This document shows, piece after piece, positions 1-8,261 of a stretch of 64,000 nt of DNA. Below the pieces are notes generated by a model, which did not search any database, had not been told where the DNA came from, and was given only the letters and a program-made list of their open reading frames with translations. This DNA is from Bdellovibrionales bacterium (GTDB lineage Bacteria; Bdellovibrionota; Bdellovibrionia; Bdellovibrionales; JAUICD01), in contig OZ241865.1 of assembly GCA_965203275.1 (NCBI GenBank), positions 1,504,001 through 1,568,000 of the forward strand, in the 5' to 3' direction. The translations under genes were made by a program, and so were the position numbers. Every line of letters begins with the position of its first letter. Position 1 is the stretch's first letter.

Positions 1-325
1 AAAGATGAATCAATGTCCCTACACCTGTGATGATCAAAACCATCACTATGCTTATAGGGTCTATAATAAAAGAGGCATTGATTTGGAAGTCTCCTACAGA
101 AATCCATTGAAAAAAATGAGCTACAAGTTGTCTTTGATCAGATGCTTTTGCTAAAAGTCTTACAAAAGCCCAAATGCCACAAACAAAAGAGGCTAACACT
201 GCACAAGTAGCTATCACACCAGAAGTTTTAGATGTAGGAAATCGTATGGCTTTCAAACCACAGATGAAAAAACCAACAAGAGGGCATAAAAGCAAAAGAG
301 CTATAATTATTTCTTCTCTTATCAT
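1..325 (-). CDS. nuoL: NADH-quinone oxidoreductase subunit L (5' part; runs off window)
   Basis: Manual translation MIREEIIIALLLLCPLVGF...FQWISVGDFQINASFIIDPISIVMVLIITGVGTLIHL; follows nuoK. Confidence 0.9.
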   Translation of the reverse strand, partial: MIREEIIIALLLLCPLVGFFICGLKAIRFPTSKTSGVIATCAVLASFVCGIWAFVRLLAKASDQRQLVAHFFQWISVGDFQINASFIIDPISIVMVLIITGVGTLIHL

Positions 326-335
326 TTTATCTCAC

Positions 336-653
336 TTATCCTTTTAAGTTTTCAAAAAGTCGTATATGGATGCCTCCAAATCTTTTGAAAACAGCTACAG
401 CAATGGCTAAGCCTACAGCTGCTTCAGCAGCAGCAATAGCCATAACAAAAAAGACCATCACCTGTCCGTCCAGATGATTCATAAAACGACTAAAGGCAAC
501 AAAAGTCAGATTGACTGCATTTAACATCAGTTCAATAGACATCAAAACAACAAGTGCATTTTTCCGCAACAAGACACCTAAAAAACCTATAACAAAAAGC
601 ATTGCTGATAAAATCAAGTAATGTGAAAGCCCTACTTCTATCCAATCATGCAT
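336..653 (-). CDS. nuoK: NADH-quinone oxidoreductase subunit K
   Basis: [20 protein letters not shown] and [11 protein letters not shown] motifs; start at ATG 653 overlapping the nuoJ stop. Confidence 0.95.
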   Translation of the reverse strand: MHDWIEVGLSHYLILSAMLFVIGFLGVLLRKNALVVLMSIELMLNAVNLTFVAFSRFMNHLDGQVMVFFVMAIAAAEAAVGLAIAVAVFKRFGGIHIRLFENLKG

Positions 654-1161
654 GAGTCCCTCCTTTGCCTTTAGCCAAAGCAATAGCTCCCACAAGAACA
701 ACCAATAACAGAACTCCTATAGCTTCAAATACAAAAACATATTTTGTAAAAAGTTGAACAGCTAAACCCTTTGCTGCAATCATTGCAGCTGTGTTGATTT
801 CAGTCAGTGGAGTTTGAGGAATAGCAGCAAAAATAGCCCCTATAATAGCTGCCAGTAAAAGAGACGTCCCTGAAATTTTCAGTACATTACTGAAAAGTCC
901 CCTGACAAATGCCCTTTTTTCTTCTTGCAGGTTAAAGATCATTAAAATCATTACGAACATCACCACAACAGCACCTGCATAAATAATAACCTGAACACCC
1001 GCAATAAAATAAGCTTCTAATGTGAAGAAAAGGCCAGCCATACCTAACATACAAATGGCTAAGGCTAAGGCACAATACAAAGGGTTAGGCAAAAGCACAA
1101 CAGCTAAAGCCGAAGCAAAAGTTACAAAAGCTAGTAAAAAATAAATACCCTGTAATATCAT
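646..1161 (-). CDS. nuoJ: NADH-quinone oxidoreductase subunit J
   Basis: [30 protein letters not shown] motifs. Confidence 0.95.
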   Translation of the reverse strand: MILQGIYFLLAFVTFASALAVVLLPNPLYCALALAICMLGMAGLFFTLEAYFIAGVQVIIYAGAVVVMFVMILMIFNLQEEKRAFVRGLFSNVLKISGTSLLLAAIIGAIFAAIPQTPLTEINTAAMIAAKGLAVQLFTKYVFVFEAIGVLLLVVLVGAIALAKGKGGTHA

Positions 1162-1241
1162 TGGACTTACATTGGACCTATTATTACCTAATTTCGTTAA
1201 TCTTCATCTACCCATACGTACCTTTTTTAGAAATACGGCGT

Positions 1242-1391
1242 TGTTTCACTAAAAGTGGTCTAGCCTCTGGCTACTTTCTAGGCGATGACCACGATGGCTT
1301 TCGCCATCGATAAAATGGTCATCGCCTAGAAAGCGTGACCACTTTTAGTAGGAAGGATCCTCTCGTCTCTTAACTACATGTTAAGGAAACA
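1242..1391 (+). repeat. Family A structured palindromic element, full copy
   Basis: TGTTTC-ACTAAAAGTGGTC...GACCACTTTTAGT...CATGTTAAGGAAACA with nested inverted repeats. Confidence 0.9.
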
Positions 1392-1409
1392 AGACTTTCA
1401 CTTTATCCC

Positions 1410-1462
1410 TGCCTGTCTGATGCCGGGTTGCCAGATCCCGGATCCCAGATCCCGGAAAAAGG
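1410..1462. repeat. Family E GC-rich heptamer run (GATCCCG/GATCCCA)
   Basis: ctgatgccgggttgccagatcccggatcccagatcccgg; related runs near 4832, 6268, 37079, 37969, 52673. Confidence 0.7.
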
Positions 1463-1598
1463 ATTCTCTCATATCTTTATACCATGTTAAGGAAACAAAG
1501 CATTCGTTTTTTTATTTTTTTATTCTTTTTAGATTCTGCGTAACTCTCAAAAAGATGAAGAATATTATGAGTGGGAGGCGGGGGCAGGCTGGAGGAGT

Positions 1599-1838
1599 TG
1601 TTTCACTAAAAGTGGTCTAGCCTCTGGCTACTTTCTAGGCGATGACCACGATGGCTTTCGCCATCGATAAAATGGTCATCGCCTAGAAAGCTTGACCACT
1701 TTTAGTAAGAAGGATCTCCTCGTTTTTTAACTCCATGTTAAGGAAAAAGTTCTTTCTTACACCTCTCGGCTTTCGCCATTGGCAAAATGGTCATTGCCCA
1801 AAAACATGCCAGAGGCATGATGCATTTTGAGTGAAAAA
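1599..1838 (+). repeat. Family A full copy plus mosaic partial copy
   Basis: 1599-1747 nearly identical to 1242-1391, followed by rearranged arms. Confidence 0.85.
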
Positions 1839-1954
1839 AGCTTTTGATTAAGATGGCTTCCAGTATTTGGTCTTTAAGATCATGTTTTCTATTGACAGCA
1901 ATGAAAGCTAATAAGTATAATAAACACAAGCTTAAAAATGATCACGAGGTTATA

Positions 1955-2626
1955 ATGTTTAAAAAATATGTTTTTATTTTTTTAGGGGTTCTTATGTTTC
2001 AAAATATATCAATCTTAGCACAAGAGGATAAAAAAACACCTAGAGAAACTCAGAAAAAATCTCCTCCACCTTCTATAAACTTAAATAAATTTCAAAGTGT
2101 TATAGCCGTTATACAAACATCTCTTGGAACTATTCAAGCCAATTTATACCATAAAAGAGTCCCTAAAACAGTTGCCAACTTTGTTGAGCTGGCAAGAGGA
2201 CAAAAAGGCATCAAGATCACAGATTCTAAAAAAGGAACAACAACAGTGCCTTTCTATAATGGATTGATTTTTCATCGTGTGATCCCTCAATTTATGATTC
2301 AAACAGGATGTCCTTATGGAACAGGGACAGGAGGACCAGGTTATACATTCGATGATGAATTTCATTCTTCCTTACGCCACGATGCCCCTGGTATTTTATC
2401 TATGGCTAACTCCGGCAAGAATACCAATGGGAGTCAATTTTTCATAACTCTTGCACCAACTCCTTGGTTAGACGACAAACATTCTGTTTTTGGAAAGGTC
2501 TCTGAAGGAATGGATATAGCCAATAAAATTGCAGGTGCTAAACGTAATCCTCTCAATGATAAACCCTTGAAAGATATTAAAATTATAAAACTCACAATTA
2601 AAACAACTCCCATAGCCAAAAAGTAA
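1955..2626 (+). CDS. Cyclophilin-type peptidyl-prolyl cis-trans isomerase with signal peptide
   Basis: FYNGLIFHRVIPQFMIQTG, LSMANSGKNTNGSQFFIT, HSVFGKV; ATG 1955 preceded by GAGG. Confidence 0.95.
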   Translation: MFKKYVFIFLGVLMFQNISILAQEDKKTPRETQKKSPPPSINLNKFQSVIAVIQTSLGTIQANLYHKRVPKTVANFVELARGQKGIKITDSKKGTTTVPFYNGLIFHRVIPQFMIQTGCPYGTGTGGPGYTFDDEFHSSLRHDAPGILSMANSGKNTNGSQFFITLAPTPWLDDKHSVFGKVSEGMDIANKIAGAKRNPLNDKPLKDIKIIKLTIKTTPIAKK

Positions 2627-2976
2627 CTATTGACCTTGCAACAATCAGTAACAATCCAGTAAAAATCAATATATCTATAAAAAAAGACCTACAAACCCAC
2701 AAAAGCATATAATCTATCAAGTAAAAAGAAAGCTAACTTATTAAATCCAACAAAAATCTTTTTCTTTATTATCATTGGCTTTTGAATTTGTCATAATAAA
2801 CATTCTTTCTTTTTAAATTGTTTTTTTATACCTGTTATTATACCTGCTTTATAAATCGAACATTGTGTATTGATTTTTTCCTTAAATAAGTATAATGAAA
2901 TAAAAGTAGAAAATCATATAACTTTATTAAACATAATTGAAGGCTTTCTTCACTTTACAAAAATAGGATGTATTAA

Positions 2977-3150
2977 ATGGAGCTTTTACAAATAGTTGTA
3001 ACTGTTATGGTTTTTTTGGTAGCTTAGTTGGCATTGTGCAATTTTATATCGGACCTATTGAACAAAGGATCAAAGATTTTAGAATGAGATTAAAGAACAA
3101 GTCAGCAATCATCTACCTTCACAAATTAGAAGGCTAGAAGACAACATTAT
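2977..3150 (+). pseudogene. Frameshifted member of TM + NH[IL]P[TS]Q coiled-coil family
   Basis: With two frame corrections reads MELLQIVVTVMVFFGSLVGIVQFYIGPIEQRIKDF..EIKEQVSNHLPSQIRRLED. Confidence 0.6.
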
Positions 3151-3214
3151 AATGGATGAGACTTTAATAAGTCTTTTCTTAAAAGTCTCCAATGAGGATG
3201 ATTATAAGGACTTT

Positions 3215-3508
3215 TCATATTTTCTTTATATCATCCATTAAATGAGAAATAACCAAAGCTATTTTAATATTATCCTTCATCATCAAATAAGAAAGGTGAG
3301 TCATAATCCCCCAATACAACTTTCCTTTTTTATTTAATGAATCTAAATAATCCTTTAAGTCCCTTACTTCGTCTATAGGATTTTTAGACTCTTTTAGAAA
3401 TTCATTAACAAATCTTTTTAAAAAAAGCTCTGGATTAATTTCATCCATACGCATCATATAACATAAGGCTTTAATAATATCTTTATATACAGAAAGCGTG
3501 TTATCCAT
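3215..3508 (-). CDS. Hypothetical protein
   Basis: 97-aa ORF, ATG start, no motif recognised. Confidence 0.5.
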   Translation of the reverse strand: MDNTLSVYKDIIKALCYMMRMDEINPELFLKRFVNEFLKESKNPIDEVRDLKDYLDSLNKKGKLYWGIMTHLSYLMMKDNIKIALVISHLMDDIKKI

Positions 3509-3714
3509 AAACCCTGTATAGGATTATTTTCTAAGAAAGTCAAAAAAACTATATGGACTTTAGCGATAGTCCCTATGCTCCATCATGCTTAAACTTTAAA
3601 ATTAAAGGATTATGTTTATTGAGTACTATCTTGAGTATTAGTCAGCACTTTATTATTATTCATTGTCCACTCGTCGTCTTGACTACCATCTATATCTCCA
3701 GTTGCTCCAATTGT

Positions 3715-3774
3715 AAAAGTCACAGTATTAAGTAGCTGAAATCACTGGATTTCTAATTTTCAAACCTAATTCCT
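3715..3774 (+). repeat. Family D half element (AAAAGTCACAGTATTAAG...)
   Basis: Similar to the arms of the palindromes at 37214-37251 and 37566-37589. Confidence 0.6.
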
Positions 3775-3810
3775 CTCATTTTTTAGAAAAATATACAGAG
3801 AAACAAATAT

Positions 3811-3970
3811 CTTGTTTCCTTAATATCTCACTCAAAATGAGCCACACCTCTGGTTCACTAAAAGTAAACCAACCTCTGGTTGCTTTTGAGGTAGCCAGCC
3901 TTGATGAAGGAACTTTTTCCTGAACATTTCACTCAAAATAAACTGGCCTCCGGCCACTTTTAGTGAAACA
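3811..3970. repeat. Family A mosaic of partial arms
   Basis: tgtttccttaa tail, tcactcaaaat arms, caacctctggttg hairpin, ttagtgaaaca end. Confidence 0.75.
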
Positions 3971-4045
3971 AGCTTGACATTTCTTTTACTTAATTATAGG
4001 CTATCTTTAATTATTTTATAAGTTCAAACAACAATCTCACTCTTA

Positions 4046-4774
4046 GTGGAGGTACACTATGTCTATGATCAATCAATTAAAAAAGAATTTATTTATTTAT
4101 TTATTTATTTATTTAGTAATTTAGGCTTTCCAGGAGGTTCTCATTTTGCTTATGGCAATGTGGAGATTTCAGGCCATTTTGGTAAAAAACTCAAAAAATA
4201 TGGAGCATTGAATTTTGGAGCAGACACTCTTTTTTATAGATTATCCTTAGATGAAAACTCTAGTTTTGCATTAGGTGCAAGATATCGTTACTTCTTCGGC
4301 TCAATAGCAACAAATATAAATATAACTGGAATGACTATTGAAACACAAGAAGCAAGAAAACCTCATAAGCATCGCCTAGCTCTTCTAACGAATTACAGAT
4401 TTCTTCTACATAGATCATTTTTTATAGGAGCTATTGCTGGAATAGATATTTGGAAATTTTTAACTCTTACTAACAAAATTAGTGGAAGTTATAAGGAAAT
4501 ACCTGCCAATGCAGATGTGAATATTACAAGTAGTCAGTTTTTATGGAATAGAATCACTGGACAGCTTGCTTTAGAACTGGGATATATGAGTACCTCTAAT
4601 TTCCTAGTCAAATTAGAAGTTGGATATGATATATTTGGCTTTAATAAATATAAAGTAGAAGCTACAGCTACACTGGAGGGAACAGGAACAGGAACAGGAA
4701 GTGATGACGCAGAAGGTGATTTTAATCTCAATGGTGTTTATGCCACATTTGGATTAGGTTATTTCTTTGGATAA
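4046..4774 (+). CDS. Putative outer-membrane beta-barrel protein; the SD-linked ATG at 4059 is out of frame
   Basis: Amphipathic beta-strand pattern, C-terminal GVYATFGLGYFFG; GGAGG precedes ATG 4059. Confidence 0.65.
   Translation: MEVHYVYDQSIKKEFIYLFIYLFSNLGFPGGSHFAYGNVEISGHFGKKLKKYGALNFGADTLFYRLSLDENSSFALGARYRYFFGSIATNINITGMTIETQEARKPHKHRLALLTNYRFLLHRSFFIGAIAGIDIWKFLTLTNKISGSYKEIPANADVNITSSQFLWNRITGQLALELGYMSTSNFLVKLEVGYDIFGFNKYKVEATATLEGTGTGTGSDDAEGDFNLNGVYATFGLGYFFG
4087..4114 (+). repeat. Simple sequence repeat (ATTT)7 in the signal-peptide region
   Basis: Seven exact ATTT units. Confidence 0.9.
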
Positions 4775-4831
4775 TCTTCTTTAATTCAGTGTTAGTTAGT
4801 TTGTATTGAATTTAATATACTGTTAAACAAT

Positions 4832-4880
4832 CCTTCTTCCGGGATCCGGGATCCGGCAATCAGGCAACCCGGCATCAGAT
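4832..4880. repeat. Family E heptamer run upstream of four-helix-bundle gene
   Basis: ccgggatccgggatccggcaatcaggcaacccggcatcag. Confidence 0.7.
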
Positions 4881-4971
4881 CATAGAGATGCATATTGATC
4901 GTAATGAATTTTTGCATCTAAAAAATTTCCTCCTGAGCCCTTGGCGGGTTTTCAGAAAGGAGGAAATTTTT

Positions 4972-5181
4972 ATGACGATGCAAAAATTCAAAACTTACCA
5001 ATTAGCTACTGAGTTTTATCGTAACTCTAAAAAATTACATCTGAAAGAGTCTCATAGAAGTCAATTTCGAAGGGCTGTTTCAAGTATTGTACTTAACTTA
5101 GCTGAAGGATCTGCTAAGCCTACAGCAAAAGATCGTAGGAAATTTTATTATATTAGTCTTGGCTCTCTAATATCTCAATGA
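4972..5181 (+). pseudogene. Four-helix-bundle (23S rRNA IVP-like) protein, C-terminally truncated
   Basis: YQLA..FY, QFRRAVSSIVLNLAEG, KFYYISLGSL; only 69 aa, ending next to a family A element; AAGGAGG SD. Confidence 0.8.
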
Positions 5182-5186
5182 AACTC

Positions 5187-5362
5187 TTTTTCCTTAACAT
5201 GGTGTTAAGAAACGAAGAGATCCTCCCTACTCAAAGTGAACAGGCTTTTGAGACAATGACCATTTTGTCAAAGGCGAAAGCCTTTGCGGTCATTGTCCAA
5301 AAGTGGCCAGAGGCCAGTTCACTTTGAGTGAAACAGAGATGCGGCCCACTTTGAGTGAAACA
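5187..5362 (-). repeat. Family A full copy (5187-5335) plus nested partial end
   Basis: ACTCAAAGTGAAC/GTTCACTTTGAGT stem variant; second GAGTGAAACA end at 5362. Confidence 0.9.
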
Positions 5363-5436
5363 AACGGCTTGACCTGGTGGATATACGAAATTAAAGATAG
5401 AAAGTTCAAGGAAGGGAATTTGAGAGGGGATAATGA

Positions 5437-6219
5437 ATGCAGTTTGATATTGTAACTATTTTCCCAGAAATATTTACCTCAGAGGGTTTTAAGGGAGTGG
5501 TAGGCCAAGCCATTGCCAATCAAAAGATTTGCCTTAACAAAATAGATCTGCGTAAGTTTTCTGATAAAAAATATAAACAAGTAGATGATCGCCCTTTTGG
5601 TGGAGGGGATGGAATGATCTATCGAGCTGATATTTTATCTCAAGCCATCCGATCTATTCCTAAAAAACCACAATCTTTATCTATTTATTTAACCCCTCAA
5701 GGCAAGTTATTTAACCAAACCTTAGCTAGACAGCTCACTGAAAAGGAGCAAATTATTTTTGTTTGTGGTCGCTATGGAGGAGTGGATGAAAGAATTTTAC
5801 GCACAGATATTGATGTAGAGCTTTCCATTGGTGATTATGTGCTAAGTGGCGGAGAACTAGCTGCTATGGTGGTGATTGATGTGGTCGCTCGATTAAAAAC
5901 AGGAACACTTGGAAATGAAAACTCTATTCAACACGATTCCTTTGGCAAATCAGGCATTGGTCGTTTGTTAGAAGCTCCTCAATTTACCCACCCCAGAGTA
6001 TTTGAAGGCATGAGCGTCCCTGAAGTTTTATTAAGTGGCCATCATCAAAAAATTGCTGATTGGAAAAAGAACCTCTCTATTTTAAGGACACTTTTAAGAA
6101 AGCCTTTTTTAATAGATAGCAGTATTACTGAAGATGATAAAAAAGCTGCTTATGAATTCTATCAAAGCCTATCAGAAGAACAATGTAAAATATACGGGTT
6201 ACCCTTTTGTTCATTTTGA
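5437..6219 (+). CDS. trmD: tRNA (guanine37-N1)-methyltransferase
   Basis: VDDRPFGGGDGM, CGRYGGVDER, SIGDYVLSGGE, VPEVLLSGHH. Confidence 0.97.
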   Translation: MQFDIVTIFPEIFTSEGFKGVVGQAIANQKICLNKIDLRKFSDKKYKQVDDRPFGGGDGMIYRADILSQAIRSIPKKPQSLSIYLTPQGKLFNQTLARQLTEKEQIIFVCGRYGGVDERILRTDIDVELSIGDYVLSGGELAAMVVIDVVARLKTGTLGNENSIQHDSFGKSGIGRLLEAPQFTHPRVFEGMSVPEVLLSGHHQKIADWKKNLSILRTLLRKPFLIDSSITEDDKKAAYEFYQSLSEEQCKIYGLPFCSF

Positions 6220-6295
6220 CATGCTTGTTCTATAAGCCTATTGCTTGTACCTTTACCCATCCGCCCGATGCCGGACTGCCAGATCCGGATAAATT

Positions 6296-7497
6296 ACGAT
6301 GTTAAGGAAACAAGAGTTTCATTTGTAAACCCGCTTGCTCTTGAGGTAATAAAAGAAAATTTTCCCTAACATGGTGTCAGAAGCAAGGAGATCCGCTCTA
6401 CTCAAAATGAACAAGCTTTTGAGGTAGCCAGCCTTTTACGACGGCGTGAGCCGTCGGGCTAAACAGCTTATTTCCTTAACATGATGTTAGGAGACGAAGA
6501 GATCCTCTTTACTCAAAGTGAACAGGCTTTTGAGACAATGACCATTTTGTCAAAGGCGAAAGCCTTTGCGGTCATTGTCCAAAAGTGGCCAGAGGCCAGT
6601 TCACTTTGAGTGAAATGTTAAGGAAACAAGAGTTTCATTTGTAAACCCGCTTGCTCTTGAGGTAATAAAAGAAAATTTTCCCTAACATGGTGTAAAGGAG
6701 TAAAAGGATCCTCCTCTACTCAAAATGCATGGATTTTTGAGGCAATGACTATTTTGCCAACGTGAAGTAAACATCTTGTTTCCTTAACATCGTGTAAAGA
6801 GACAAGAGGATTCTTCTTACTAAAAATAAACGGATTTTTGAGGCAATCAGCCTTTGTCGACGGCGAGAGCCGTCGGGCTGATTGTCCAAAAACAGCCAGA
6901 GGCTGGTTTATTTTTAGTGAGACAAACGCGGTCATTGCCCAAGGTGTAAGAAGAAACTTTTTCCTTAACATGTGGTCAAGAGACGAAGAGATTCTTCTTC
7001 CTAAAATTGAACAAGCTTTTGAGGCAATCAGCCTTTGTCGACGGCGAGAGCCGTCGGGCTGATTGTCCAAAAACAGCCAGAGGCTGGTTTATTTTTAGTG
7101 AGACAAACGCGGTCATTGCCCAAGGTGTAAGAAGAAACTTTTTCCTTAACATGTGGTCAAGAGACGAAGAGATTCTTCTTCCTAAAATTGAACAAGCTTT
7201 TGAGGCGGTTAGCCTTTGATCGACGGCGGTAGCCGTCGGGCTGATTGTCCAAAAACAGCCAGAGGCTGGTTTATTTTTAGTGAGACAAACGCGGTCATTG
7301 CCCAAGGTGTAAGAAGAAACTTTTTCCTTAACATGTGGTCAAGAGACGAAGAGATTCTTCTTCCTAAAATTGAACAAGCTTTTGAGGCGGTTAGCCTTTG
7401 ATCGACGGCGGTAGCCGTCGGGCTAACTGCCCAAAAGTAGCCAGAGGCTAGTTCAATTTTAGGGAAACAGAGGCATGATGCATTTTGAGTGAAAAAA
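6296..7497 (-). repeat. Family A cluster including four tandem units (period 181-182 bp, about 6777-7469)
   Basis: Equivalent positions at 6840, 7021, 7202, 7384; 79-bp direct repeat at 6299-6377 and 6615-6693. Confidence 0.9.
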
Positions 7498-7806
7498 TAA
7501 GGTTAGGGATAATCCTTTTGTCTCTCAAAACTCCATGTTAGGAAAACAAGGCTTTCACTTTATCCTTGCCCATCTGCCCGCCCGTCCATCCGCCCATCTG
7601 CCTATTCTTCATAACATGCTGTTATAACTAAGTTTTATTTTAAAAAGGATAAAAAAGCTGTAAAAAGCTTAAGAAAAAAAGACCATATTCTTATTATAAT
7701 TAAAGGGCTTAGAAAAGAACTTAGGGTCATCAATACATATTGCAAAAAAAATACTAGACAACGTAATTGTTTGTTTGTAGAATAAAAGTAAAAAAGGATT
7801 TTAAAA

Positions 7807-8049
7807 ATGGCACGTATAACTGTTGAAGACTGTTTAGATAAAGTAGTGAATCGGTTTGATTTGGTAATTTTAGTGGCAAGAAGAGCAAAGGCCTTGTTCA
7901 GAGGGGCAGAGCCTATGGTTCAAAGCAAGGACGATAATAAGCAAGTTGTTACAGCCTTGAGAGAAGTTGCTGCTAATTATGTGAGCTTTGCACACAATGA
8001 GGCATTAGGGACCCCTATTGAGCAAATTGAACGGGACCTCAATCGCTAA
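7807..8049 (+). CDS. rpoZ: RNA polymerase omega subunit
   Basis: MARITVEDCL..NRFDLV..ALREVA. Confidence 0.97.
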   Translation: MARITVEDCLDKVVNRFDLVILVARRAKALFRGAEPMVQSKDDNKQVVTALREVAANYVSFAHNEALGTPIEQIERDLNR

Positions 8050-8261
8050 AGAGTTATCAAAAAGATCGCACTTTTATCAGGGCAGAACCTTAAAAGCAAA
8101 AAATACCAGAGGGTGTTTTTCTGGAGGGCAGGTATATGGCCACCAGAAAATAGCCAAAATAGCCCAAAGAGCTAAGAATAGCTAAAGTGTCCTAGAAAAA
8201 GTAGTTTTAAAGAGCAAACAAATGCCAAACTACTTTCAATGAGACAAAGAGCAAAAGGAGG

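Noticed and set aside
1162..1241. nuoJ lacking upstream nuoA-I as a repeat-caused break
   Set aside because: Split nuo clusters occur naturally in some lineages; cannot attribute without synteny data
1242..1391. Family A as hammerhead ribozyme or integron attC
   Set aside because: No CUGANGA core; no consistent RYYYAAC/GTTRRRY boundaries, no one-per-gene cassette layout and no integron integrase in the window
4888..5181. Four-helix-bundle gene as Avd of a diversity-generating retroelement
   Set aside because: No reverse transcriptase and no adenine-specific TR/VR pair seen
6720..7401. Overlapping ORFs on both strands (also 1378-1620, 36825-37076, 41455-41769)
   Set aside because: They are translations of family A repeats, with no SD or protein motif
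6777..7469. Tandem array as CRISPR
   Set aside because: Units are ~181 bp with identical linkers, no unique spacers and no cas genes
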